NCBI RefSeq assembly: GCF_964204645.1
Contig: NC_134026.1
Span: 3,557,950-3,621,949, forward strand
DNA length: 64,000 nucleotides
Direction of reading: 5' to 3'
Source of the DNA: Tubulanus polymorphus
Taxonomy: Eukaryota; Animalia; Nemertea
Under the pieces are notes generated by a model. The model searched no databases. It was not told the DNA's origin and saw nothing but the letters and a program-made list of their open reading frames with translations. This document shows, one piece after another, positions 36,785 through 48,775 of the stretch (positions are counted from its first letter, which is position 1; the number at the start of each line of letters is the position of its first letter). Both the position numbers and the translations under genes were made by a program.

Positions 36785-39700
36785 ATGGACGTTTATTTCT
36801 TCAGTCAAGCGAAACTCGGTCGCAAGGCCAAACGATTTCGCAAGGATATAGAAGAACTGCCGCAAAGCCTGAGATTTGCCCATCTGAACCCGAAAGTAGC
36901 TGCCTATCTAGTCAATAAAGAACGACGGTCGTCAATTGGGGATGAAGCTGATGCTATACTTGACGCTACGGACAATCACAAACATCAAAGTTTACTACCA
37001 AACATAAAGGAAACAGTCACTGAAATCAAGCATGAACTTGACAGAACGAACGTTCACGACGAAGACGTGTCCGCTTCCCTTTACAAAGGATGTAAAACTC
37101 AATCCCCCACAGTGATCATGCAGATTGCTACCCTGCTGCGGTATTTACAAGGGCATAAAATCCGCATATCTAAAACACTAGAATATCACCTGTTGGCTTC
37201 GTACGGAGATCTGGTGGCGAATGCTGTCTATGTATATCGACAATGGCAGACGAAAGCTGCACGAGATGCGTACGAAAAAGAGAGACAACGCCAAGAGCGT
37301 AAAGAAGAAGAAAAAGAACGCGAAAGGTCCGAATCTGAGAAAGAATCCGAAAAAGAAAGAGAAGTTGATGTAGCCAGTGTTGTTAATCATGGGAAAGAAG
37401 CCCCGGAAAAGAATGCAGACAAGCCCGTTGTTAAAAAGAATTCTAAAAAACTGACTAAAGTAAATTTGGCCGATATCATGGAGGTCGAAACGGAAGATAC
37501 TCAAGACCCACCTCCAGCCCATAACTCGAAAGAAAACGTCCCATCATTAAATGTTACGCAGGTGACTAAAAAACATAATTCCCGAACCGTTGCTTCCCAG
37601 CGTATATCCAAATCCAGCGGGCGTTCATCGTTGGAGCGTCAGCATGGAGACTGGCTGGCCGTACCTGTGCATAGAATGGGTAAACGAGGTTCACGCGCAG
37701 AGCGCGGACTTAGCATCAGTAGTCGTGACGATCTATCAACAATTGGAGATTATCATTCCGAAAGTAGCCGCATATCAAACGCAGGTCACGCGGGCTATTA
37801 CATGTCAATAATATCGTTCGCTTTGTCATCAAAAGCATGCGAAGAAAAAGGCTGGATTTTACACAGCGACAAACCGGATGAGAAGGAGACGGTTTTAGAA
37901 TGGGCGCAACATCGACTGCGGTTAGCTCTACATCAGATACAAGAACAAGAAGAAAGGTCAAAAGAACAGGGATTCGATAAGCCGCTCGAAAATCGATATT
38001 ATGGTGATGCCAAAAAGGAAGCCTTAGCCAAATACCAGCGTCGAAATGTGCCAAATCAGAAAGAAATGTCACCCGTTCTCATTGAAGGAATATATCCAGT
38101 TATTCCGTCGTTTATGGTCGAGATTGAACCAGATCCTGGACAGGTCTTGTGTTCAACGTCGACAACAGACGGTACGAAGTCGATTTTCTATCCATCCGGT
38201 AGGCTGGCGATAATGATCAGTCCCGTTGGTATCGGAAAACCCGGCGTGTACATCAATGCCTACGATGACACTGATGAAAAAACGCAACTTGCTAGCTTTA
38301 CTCCAAGCGGACGGGTTACCTGCTTCCACAAAAATGGCGTGGCTCGATTTCTTGCCACGGAAAAATACGCCCATATAGCTAACGTCGATGGTGCGATAAC
38401 GAGAAAATGGAAATGGCCACAGAATCCAAATACGAAGCTACCATTGACTGTTGTGATAAATATGAATAACGAGTTGTCATTCCGCTGCATGAATCAATCA
38501 TCTATGCAATTTATATTCTCCTGCCAAAAAGAAACTATTACATGGTGTGTTGCCCCCACACCCGGTGCCGTTGAGCCAAAAGAACGCGAAGACTTCGGTC
38601 ACTTGATGTCGAATACTCATTTTACATCACAAACGGCTAAAGAATTTAACAAATCTCACAAATTACGAACGCAGCAACAGAAGCCAAAAGTTAGTAGAGT
38701 TTATACAAATAAACAAAAGGATAAGATCAAAAGCCAACTTTCAGAAATGAAGAACCAGTCCGATACAGCGGACCAATATGTATCGGAGTACGAGCGCGAG
38801 TTGGCCAGACTTCAAACCAAAGTAAAAGTTCTAACTGAAGATTGGCTCGAATTCTATCGTACCGCAGTTGGTATGAAGTCACCTATATCGAAGTTGACAC
38901 AAGATCGAGGGGAAGCTAACCCGAAACGTATCAGTAGATCACCACACGGTGCTCCACCATCACTTGCTGTGCCACCGTTGTCAGTAACGGATGAAAATAA
39001 GGCTGCTACATCGTCAGTCGAAAGAATTGATGCTTCCGAACAATCACTGAATTCAAAAATAAATCAAACCAACGCGACAGAAGATGCAGCTGGTGACAGC
39101 CAAGCCTCGTTAAAAACGGATACAAGCTTCGATTACTCTTTAAAGTCTCAGATTCCAGGCATAATTGAAGTACCACCTTCACCGTCTAGCATACCGCTCA
39201 TCCGTGGATCGACCTCGGCGATTAGTTCCGCTAAATCTCGAATCACGTCTGCCATTCGCCTTCATAGGTCAAACGGTTGGGCATGTCCTATTGCGCTGCG
39301 TAAGGAGATTCTTGGCGAGGGCGATGTAAATTGTCGGTGTCATCGATACAAGATTCCGTACGTCATGGACGTGGAATTCGACGAGTTTATTGGCAGATAC
39401 GTGTGCGAAAAGCAGTTACTCGTTATCTCAGTGGTGTCTTCTTTATACCCGGAAAGCAACACCTCTCAACACATGTTAGAAGTACTTTACAGCGAATTGA
39501 ATAAGAATCGCACCCATCCTTGTCTTCAGTCAACTGGGGACCCTTTCCGCATTTTCCTCTACGACATCGCGTCGGCTGCCGAGTTGTCAAATTGCACGAA
39601 GCCTCTACTGCTCAGGCGACATAACGCCGCTGCCGGTATGTTTCTGATATACCAACGTGGTAACCTCGTATTCTGCGATCACATTTGGAACGGATATGGA

Positions 39701-40108
39701 AATGCGAGAAAAGATTTCTACAAGCAGATGATGAAGACCAAACAAGATGCTTTAATGGGTAGTTGTCTACCGAGAGATTTCCGTTTCAGTCCTTCAAAAG
39801 GACATCGCGGTAAACGATCTGCCTGGGGTGGAGAGATCGGAGGCGCTGGGGTCGACAAGCACGGTAGTCCTGGCCTGTCTATAGAGTCGACAATGATGCC
39901 TGATACTAGTCGGCCAGCATCAGCCTCGTCGACAAGTTCAGATAGTCGCGAAGTGCTCAGACCGTCGTTTCAAATACGAAGTTTAACATCGGGTGGATTC
40001 TATCCTCCTCTCACTCCACTTCCATCAGGTTTACCAATACAGCGCGCTGTTACCGCCCCATTACACAATAAGACCAATGTATTGAGGAAGTCAGCCCCAG
40101 TTCGCTGA
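36785..40108 (+). CDS. C3orf20: C3orf20-like FAM194-domain protein, 1107 aa, single coding exon
   Basis: Uninterrupted ORF. FAM194-type motifs FYPSGRLAI...AYDD...LASFTPSG...WKWP. The C-terminal region ACPIALRK...CRC...IPYVMDVEFDEF...WNGYG...MGSCLPRDFRFS matches the recalled C3orf20 C-terminus. A splice acceptor TTTCTAG at ~36719 implies a 5' UTR intron. Confidence 0.75.
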   Translation: MDVYFFSQAKLGRKAKRFRKDIEELPQSLRFAHLNPKVAAYLVNKERRSSIGDEADAILDATDNHKHQSLLPNIKETVTEIKHELDRTNVHDEDVSASLYKGCKTQSPTVIMQIATLLRYLQGHKIRISKTLEYHLLASYGDLVANAVYVYRQWQTKAARDAYEKERQRQERKEEEKERERSESEKESEKEREVDVASVVNHGKEAPEKNADKPVVKKNSKKLTKVNLADIMEVETEDTQDPPPAHNSKENVPSLNVTQVTKKHNSRTVASQRISKSSGRSSLERQHGDWLAVPVHRMGKRGSRAERGLSISSRDDLSTIGDYHSESSRISNAGHAGYYMSIISFALSSKACEEKGWILHSDKPDEKETVLEWAQHRLRLALHQIQEQEERSKEQGFDKPLENRYYGDAKKEALAKYQRRNVPNQKEMSPVLIEGIYPVIPSFMVEIEPDPGQVLCSTSTTDGTKSIFYPSGRLAIMISPVGIGKPGVYINAYDDTDEKTQLASFTPSGRVTCFHKNGVARFLATEKYAHIANVDGAITRKWKWPQNPNTKLPLTVVINMNNELSFRCMNQSSMQFIFSCQKETITWCVAPTPGAVEPKEREDFGHLMSNTHFTSQTAKEFNKSHKLRTQQQKPKVSRVYTNKQKDKIKSQLSEMKNQSDTADQYVSEYERELARLQTKVKVLTEDWLEFYRTAVGMKSPISKLTQDRGEANPKRISRSPHGAPPSLAVPPLSVTDENKAATSSVERIDASEQSLNSKINQTNATEDAAGDSQASLKTDTSFDYSLKSQIPGIIEVPPSPSSIPLIRGSTSAISSAKSRITSAIRLHRSNGWACPIALRKEILGEGDVNCRCHRYKIPYVMDVEFDEFIGRYVCEKQLLVISVVSSLYPESNTSQHMLEVLYSELNKNRTHPCLQSTGDPFRIFLYDIASAAELSNCTKPLLLRRHNAAAGMFLIYQRGNLVFCDHIWNGYGNARKDFYKQMMKTKQDALMGSCLPRDFRFSPSKGHRGKRSAWGGEIGGAGVDKHGSPGLSIESTMMPDTSRPASASSTSSDSREVLRPSFQIRSLTSGGFYPPLTPLPSGLPIQRAVTAPLHNKTNVLRKSAPVR

Positions 40109-41645
40109 GGTCGACGACAATCGATATTGCCGATAATGTAAATAGTAAAAGACGTAACTGTTCGTCGATACTGTTTCCGCTGATTTTTGAACCAACCAGA
40201 AAGAAACCCCTCAAGTGTAACCGACAGTAGTTACCGAGTTCAACCGACACATTTCTGTGTATATCTTGTGATAGTCGTGCTCCTGGTAGAAGTAAAGAAA
40301 ACTCAGGTTTTGGCTGTGCCAAAATAATGGCCGAATCTAAACGATGTTCTTTTTTTCCATCACATCTGCTACTGCCTTCAGAATGTGGAATTGGTACAGT
40401 ATTTTATCAAATTATACTACAGTGCCTTATACTCATATCAGTTTTAGCAAAAATACATATGTATTTTTGGTTTTAGATATCTAATTTCAGCGTTTTTCGT
40501 TACCAAGTTACCATGATATATTTGATATATACGTTGCTTATATATTCTTTCTTGTATTACACCTTAATTTAAATATAATACAAATGTATTGTATGGTGCT
40601 TTGTAGAAATTTCTTTTCAAATGTGCTATGAATTGGTTTTGCAATGAAAATATACAAGCTTTAATGAAACATACACCGAACGCTCATTCAAGGAACCCAC
40701 CTGCTTGGAATGTGTCTTGTACAGCTCTATACCTTTAAGCTCTTTGTTCGTTCTCGTTGTTGGGATATTTTTTCCTGCTATTTTCTTCCGTATAAATTGA
40801 ACTTCTTGTATATAATATGTAATTGGACTTTTTTCATGTACATTGTGGTTAACAACAAAATAACTCAATGCCCTAGAAATCACTTGTTGGTCATACCCAA
40901 TAATGATGAATAACAAGATGTTACATACGTGGCCATATTTTCTCGAAAATGCCTTCGTCTTTTCATACTTTTATTTTGTGTGCAAAATATGCATGACAAT
41001 CTTCACAAAGCGGCTGTGATAAAAATCTATATATACAAGTTTCGAGATCAAATTTAATTGTCCGGAGTTAATGTCGGCTCGTGACTGAATTTACGACTTG
41101 GCCAAATACATCGTTTTCCCTCGAGGATATTTGAACGATAAAAGCTGTGCAAGATCCGTATGTCCTTAGTTGATAAATAATAAAAGCCAACACTTTATGC
41201 CAAAATGCACGATCCAATATCGGCTTTAGTATTGCACATGGTTAGTGACATATATATGTATCTTTGTAATTCAGATATAACTTTCATGTTTGCCATCCAC
41301 ATGGGACTCTAAAACTCTTCGTTTTAGGGTGTATGATGTTACCTTACAGTTTGGAAATAAATAAGAACGTATTTTTTAACATCCAATATTTTCTTCTTTC
41401 TCAAACTTTTAGTTAGGTTTTGTAGCCCTCCCTCCGGAACATATAAGCGCTATTCCGCAACTCCACTGGTTCGAACTCCCAACCTCATCATGTCTCTTCT
41501 CAGTTCCTAATCAGTTATATATATATTCGTATTCACTTGTACATTGTCCGGGGTCGGCAGTACAAAAACCATATCCTGGAACTGTTGAGTTCAGTTGTCT
41601 GGCATTCACATTTCTAGCACATTGGTCGTATTCACTGTGCGCATA

Positions 41646-44600
41646 ATGAAGTATTGCAGTATTAGATCCGATAAATACAAAGGTCTGACATTTGAAGAGG
41701 CGATTTTCAAAGGTTTTCCAGATGATGCTGGACTAATCTTACCAGAAGAGGTACGTAGGAATATTGTAGTCAGTAACTACAATGGCATTTAAAAATCTGA
41801 TATTCTTCTTTACACCTATCCTTTATCGAGTGATATTTTTGCATCGTATTAGTCGCGTTAATTGGGTGCACCATCATAGCCGTGTATATCATATCTCTTT
41901 ACCCGTTCTGTTTCATCATCTTGCAAAGCAGTATCGTAAAAATAGTGGACAGATAACGAGACTCGTGATAAGCCTAATAATGTACATGTATACTCAATAT
42001 GCAGATCCCGACTGTAACAGATGAACAGTTATGTGCTTGGTCGAAACTATCGTACCCAGGTGTCGTCAAAGAAATCGCTAGCTTATTTATCGACGAGACT
42101 GAAATACCGAGAACGACTTTAAATGGTACATACATATATGTAATCACCAGGATCTATTTCACATACTAGTATTAATGTAGGACAAATACCGGTAGTCACA
42201 TTGTATAGAACTTGTACTGATCTATGATGTGCATGCATGGTAGAAAATAAAAATGGTATTCAACAACAAAAATACGACCTCCAACGTTTTGAAAATGTGT
42301 CTAACGTTCATCTATAACCATATCGTTACCATTACGGTCATCTACGTGTATATAAACAATTTGATCGCAAATTTTTCTCCATAAACACTGCAGAAACAAT
42401 GCTTTTTTTGCATTTTCTTGGAGTGGAAAAAATATTCATGATACTTTCAGGTTTGATAGATAAAGCTTTTACCAAATTCAGACATCCTGAAATCACGCCA
42501 CTGGTTCAACTGAAAGATGGAGTTCAAATATTCGAATTGTTTCACGGCCAGACGATGGCGTTCAAAGATCTGGCGTTATCTTGCGTCGGTCAGTTTTTGG
42601 AATTCTATCTTACTCGAAATAAACGGCACTTCGTCGCACTTGTCGGTAAGGATCTATGGATGGAGATTGACAGTCTGGTCAAACTTATTTGATGTCGACT
42701 TCTTGGATTTGAATATAGTTCTTCCAATTCTCAAGGCACGTCTGGTGACACCGGAAGTTCCGCCATTGAAGGGGTTCGTGGCCTGAATTCGGTTGACATC
42801 ATAGTCATCTTGCCGAAAGGAAGATGTTCTGCGATTCAAGAATTACAAATGACTACTGCCATTTCAGATAATGTCCACGTGTATAGGCGTAAGTGATATC
42901 CGAATCGTTTGTTTTCCATTAGTAACATCTTCTGTGTGATTTATAGGGTTAGGGGTAAAAAGTTTAGTAGGTATTTCATCTTCAAAATAACGGGCATAAT
43001 TTCGTTATAGTTGATGGCACTTCCGATGACCTAGATGAACCTATTAGCAAATGTTTCATGGATAAAGACTTTGTCGATAGATATGGTATATTTAGTATAA
43101 ATTCGGTTAACTGGGCTCGCATAATGGTACAAATAAGTCATTTCGTCTATGCGTATTTACAGGTATCTATGTAAATAGATCAAACAGTTTTTTCTCATCG
43201 TTTTGTCGATATTGTTATCATCAATACATGAAATTTACAGATGAAAACAATGACACGGTTGAACAAATTGGTTCGATAATTGTTGTTTTATCTCCTGAAT
43301 CACTTAACGGAAAGATTAAAGGTTCTGAAAACCTTGAATTACCTGAAATATCCATTTTACCGTGAGTAATTGTGAATTCACTTTTATCATTGATGATTCG
43401 AGTTAATTTCCAGGCAAAAGTCGATCGTGATACGGTTGTAGAAATAGTGGTACCAAGTGGCGGTTGCGGAAATATTACAGGTAGGCTATGGTAAGCGAGG
43501 ATGCTGATGAATAAGTGTAATCTATGATAAAATGGATATTAATATTCCTTACAGCTGGGTGCATTGCTAGACTGATGGGGGTGCCTATTAAACTAGTTGC
43601 TGCTGTGAATGTAAATGACATCGTTTGTCGGTTCATTAATAACGGAGATTTCACAAAATGTCAGACCGTAACCCCGACTGTTGCGCCATCTATGGACATA
43701 CAGGTATCTAGCATTTCTATTTAAGTCGTTTACATTGTCGCGATCAGGTAGATATATGTTTACTCTAGTTGAACCGGGGGTGGTTTTACGCACATGATCT
43801 GCTTCCAGTTTCTTTGATTTTGATTTTTGATGGGTTGCGGTGTTCAAAAATGAAAGGATTTGGTCTTAAACAAGTGGTTCATTTTTAGCTCACTTGGGGC
43901 TATAGTCCCAGGGGGCTATGCGTTCGTTTTCGTCCGTTGTTCGTTCGTCCAGTTTAAAGGAAGCTTTGAAGTCACTTATGGATTGTCTTGGTATTTGGTT
44001 TGTATCAACTTGAGCTGCATCAGCCCAAAAACTGACCCGATTAGGATCAAGGTGGCTGATTGGTGGCTATTGTTGTTAGCCGAAATCAGCACAATTTTTG
44101 AATTTTTCAGGGGAAATTTCGAACACGCGTCAATTGTCTTGATGTTGCACATGTATATGTATACCCATGGGGACCATCGATGAGAAAATTTGGGTTGATC
44201 GGTTTCGAGATGGCCATCCTGTACTTTCATGCATATTCTATAATCACAGTCGATTGCATAATCCTAGCTCGTGAAATGTTCAATCATTGTCAGATTATTA
44301 CATCAAGCGCTGGACGTGATGTTCCTGGACCCATGTTTTTCCATAAATCCTGTTCTAATTGATAAAAATATAAATCTTATTTTTTTATCTCAACTGTACT
44401 GCAAAGAACGTTTAGAATGTATATGCATCCTATTGTAGTATCCGTACAACGTGCCGCGATTGATCTATCTACTTTCGAATAGAAATACAAAACTCCTTAA
44501 TCAACTTATAAAAGAACACGAAGCCGATGGTAAAATGAGTATACCCAGCGATTTGCTTGAGAAGGTGAGCTAGTTTTGTTTCGATTTCATTAAAACCAAT

Positions 44601-45206
44601 TTATTTCCAACAATTCATCGTCCAATAAAACTGCATTTCTAATGACTCCATAAAGACAGATAGAACGCGACATTTCATTGCAGATTAAGAGCATATTTTC
44701 GGCATTTCGTTGCGACGATGAACTAATAAAGAAAACGATCAAAAGATGTTACGAAGAAAATGAATACATACTCTGTCCCCACACTGCAGTTGGCATGGCG
44801 TACCACTACCATCAGCTTTCGCTAGGGTAATTCCTTACGCAAATCAAACTCAATAGACCAACAGATTTCAAAGTTGTTGAGAATGATAAAACCGTTTGAT
44901 CTTTTGTCCTTTATGGTATATATCCTACCAGGTATAATTTAAAGTGCTGATCATATCCTTTTTAGGATTAACGAACCGAATTTCAAACGGATTGTCGTAG
45001 CGACGGCGTCACCTGAGAAATTTCCGGAAGTGGCACGAGAGGCCGGTATATCCGTTCCGCAGTCGGTTGAAATACGATCGTTATATGAAAAGCCGACGAG
45101 ATACATCGATATGGAGAAAGGCCAAGATTGGGAACACATTCTGCGCACGAAAATTATGGAAATTCATGAAATGCGTCAGAATAAAATCGACCATGACAAA
45201 AATTGA
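41646..45206 (+). CDS. THNSL2: Threonine synthase-like 2 (PLP-dependent), 10 exons, ~483 aa
   Basis: Exons at 41646-41750, 42005-42125, 42451-42645, 42736-42888, 43011-43162, 43414-43480, 43555-43703, 44439-44564, 44684-44826 and 44966-45206. Motifs [20 protein letters not shown] (PLP lysine), [55 protein letters not shown]. Confidence 0.93.
43882..44340 (+). mobile_element. Possible Helentron-associated non-autonomous element (HINE/DINE-like) in a THNSL2 intron
   Basis: Begins at a T-run with the hairpin TAGCTCACTTGGGG-CTATAGT-CCCAGGGGGCTA, followed by a degenerate (CGTT/CGTC)n microsatellite, a layout typical of such elements. It enlarges this intron to ~735 bp. The right end is uncertain. 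Confidence 0.5.
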
Positions 45207-45538
45207 CACGTAATGCATCAATGTATCTTTATTCCAGTAATTTGAGTGAAGTGAAAGACAAAGGTCCCGATTTCACGGAGAAACTATTTTTGGCCTTTTT
45301 CCGTGACGCTGGGCTATGAAGACTGACGTCATATTTGATCGATGAATTTACCATTACCCGTTATCTTGGACACTGGATTTTTTGTTTAAAGTGATGCAAA
45401 GACTTTCACGAAAATTGGAAAAAAGTACACGTATGAAGTTTGATGATTTCCAAGATGATTCAATGCCCACCGTGACTATGTCCTTCAACTTCTGCAAAAG
45501 AATATGATATTTCTCATTAGATTTTTGTTAAATCTACA

Positions 45539-48500
45539 TCAGAAAACTGCAAATATATCGCCCGATTGGAATGTATGTAATTCGCTGACTTGGGCCGTTC
45601 TTCCAGTTTTACCGGCATCGACTGATAGAATAAGTCTGATTTAGACCTTTAAGTACAGTAGTTGTCAATGTTTTATCCTAACTGACTGATGTCTCAAATG
45701 TTATAATATCCCCTTTATTCTACGTTGGTCTTTATATAGAAATCATATTTTATGTTATAATAATGAACGATTCCACAAGTGGTAATGATTAATCTAACGG
45801 TCGTTCATTAGTATATTCATATACATGTATAGCAATGTATTATCTTAGGCGATTGCTTACCTGAACAAAGTGGTACGTCACAAAACATCCAATTACCCCG
45901 TCTTGTATCCGACAGAAAACACCAAGGTCCCTCCGGTTTTTTGTCGGGATTCCGACAGTGGTTTCCAGCGTCGCTAACGCTTTCATCTGGGAAATTACTG
46001 TCGACGAACGAGTGCCGATTCGGCCATTGTTTGTCCCATCTTTGACACGGCGTTTCATCTAACGTGACGCTCAGGTTTCCGACGTATTCGTCGCCCATTT
46101 TGTCGACCATGCATTCTTGGTTAAAGACATCACTGCCTGGATGGAAAAGAAAACTGCCAGATTATCATCCCTGCATCGGAAATTGAATGGTAGAAATGCT
46201 TTAAAGTATGGAATAAAAACTAGTAAATAAAATATAATTTGAAATATCAATAATAATATACATGAAGCGTATGATAATTCTTTCTATTACTTTCATTACT
46301 ACATGTACATGATTTGGAGAGTACAGTTCATGACACGTACTGAAAGGCGTTGCCGGAAATTCACAGATGTATGGAATTCTGACAACCCCGGAACCGGACA
46401 CGTCATTCCAACCCCATTCGTCAAAATCCATTCGTAGACTGATGTGCTTTTCATCACCGCCGAAATTATTCGGCTCACCTGACATCCATGCCATAAACTG
46501 GTCCTTGCCTTTTCCACCTGTGAGAAAATATCTTGCTATCATTATCATAATCCTTTTCGAGATCTAAAGACAAAGTTTCGTTAAGTAGGAGAGAAAAGAT
46601 ACAAATTATATAGATAGACAAGTCTAGAATATGAGATAAAACGATTTAACATGAATCTGTAGAAATTCCTTCTTTTAAATTGTTCTAGAATATTCTTTTG
46701 TACCTTGTATATTTTGATATTCATCCGACCACATCCATTTGAAATCTGTGTACAACCCACCAGTCCACCATTTATTATATTTCATTGGACCAAATTTATC
46801 CAGTTCCGACATCAAGAACTTCATTTCGTGTTTGCTTTTAATCGACACTAGTCGGCCGCCTCGATTCATACAGTTCACTTCCGCTTGATGGCGCGTGAAG
46901 TACATTTTCACAAACAGGTAGCAACTTCGTCGGAACTGTTTAAATTCCCCATAACATCCTTACCAGAAGAGAAATAATCAATACAATTTCAAACGACTTC
47001 GAAGCAGTAGATTCATCTACAATTACTCACGGAGTTTAAAATGGTCTTTCGTTGCTATTTTGTCCGGTGCCGATTCGCAGATGAACGGAAGTCGTACCCA
47101 GTTGAATTCAGTTGTCCACCACCATTCTTCTCCGTAGAAGACGAGTACGAGATACGCTAACGGAAGTCTTCTGTCGCTAGTGTCGGGGACGGCTAGCCAT
47201 TTACTGTATGTTTCCGCTACAGTTCCACATCAAATAGATATAGATGATATCAATGCATTGGAAACAGATATCACGACTAGTATAACGTTAAACGCAAAAT
47301 GCATATCATTTACAACTTGAATAGCATCGAATGTATAATTGAAATTTAAATAAGAATAACATGTGGAACTAGAGGTTTTGCTATTTTCTTAGTTTCACCG
47401 GACTTACTTATTCTATCAGTAACGTCCCAGAGCCAGTGGGTACCTCCAGCACCGCCGAATCGTTCCGCTCCGATCCACCATTCCTCGTACCTCGATGGAC
47501 CGTCTCCGAACGTGTGGCGCCTGATCTGATCTTTAATGAACTCATTTTCCTCCCGCGAATTGATGGAAACTAAATGCGAACTCCGCTCCTGACACTTACG
47601 TTTGGCTTTTGCGTGCAAATGTTCCCGATAGGAAAAATAGTAACAATGGTCATCGAAACGGTGCCAACGCTTTTCGCAAACTGTAAGAAAGAAACGACTG
47701 TCAGTTGCAATTATTCATTTTCGGGCAGTGATGCGTCGAACTATACTTACCGCCCATTTTCTTATCTAATGATTTCTCGCAGATGTATCTGAGGCAGAAA
47801 CGCGAGTCGGAATATACATCGTTCCAACCCCAAACATTCCTGGCTACTTTCATCGTCGCCACTGGTTCCATTCCTTCTTGCGACGGTTCAAACGGTCTCC
47901 AGTCCTGAAAGTGATTGTCTGTTATCGGTATATAGTGAGCGCTTTGCCCGTCTCCGTCCACGGCAGCCGATGCGCCTTCTACTCGAGAATGCCATGTCCA
48001 AGCCGAACTTATTCTCGAACCCCCGGTCCAAAACTGAATGTGATTAGTCGGATGTTTGCGTAGCAGTTCCGTTATGGCACGTATCAGATAGTAGTGTTCT
48101 TCCTCGGTTCCTATTTCGACCAGGTACCCGTCTTTGTTGTTTCCGACACATTGCGATTTCGCGCTAGCTATCTGAAGCCGTTTAAAACCGACATCATAGC
48201 AACTCGAACCGAACTGAATTTTCCCCTTTGGACATTTCCCTACATAGAAAAAATACAGGTTATAATATAATCATTGAAGGCGCTTAGTACGTTTCAGTAC
48301 TCGTTGAGTAAACTTCCAGAATCGATAGATGAACAACGTTTCACGGCGTAGCTTCATATTTGATTACCACAAGAGAATAATAGAACATCCGTAAAACGAA
48401 CCAAATGAAATGCCTGATTAGCGTTGCGAGTATAAAATTACCTATTATGCGTGAAATATGTATATTTGTTCCTTTTGGGTCGTTGAATATTTTTCCCGTA

Positions 48501-48775
48501 GAAACCATTTAGAAAATGCATCAAATGTGAGACATTGATGCATTTTCGACTCGATTTTGATAGAAAAAAAAATCCTCGTTCACCCGATGCAAATGTGTCA
48601 AATTAATGTCCCAAAGAGTGTCGAAAAGCAAATACTTTGAGTGATGTTTTACAAGCTGGTGATATATATCTTGGTACTTACCCCTCTTATCTGGAGTTGT
48701 TGTCGCTCCGAGGTGAGATATGAGAAAAATGACAAAACACTCGATGAAGAAATTGTATTGGATCCTCCTCAGCAT
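45539..48775 (-). CDS. Secreted mosaic protein: signal peptide + 3 C-type lectin domains + kringle, ~610 aa
   Basis: Exons at 48775-48682, 48239-47751, 47680-47408, 47216-47031, 46958-46704, 46517-46341, 46136-45861 and 45621-45539 (last exon tentative). CTLD motifs FGSSCY/FDDHCY/FRRSCY, LVSI, WIG/WTG, EPS/EPN, WND, YICE/FICE. Kringle EYVGNLSVT...PCQRW...NHCRNPD...GPWC...CDVPLC. A probable non-coding upstream exon has its donor near 49086. Confidence 0.85.

Noticed and set aside
37178-38490. Several minus-strand ORFs inside the C3orf20-like CDS, and plus-strand ORFs inside the class C GPCR exons
   Set aside because: Antisense shadows of long coding exons, with no motifs or splice support.
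41001-41060. miR-2 gene
   Set aside because: There is no complementary arm on either side to form a precursor hairpin. Kept only as a candidate target site.
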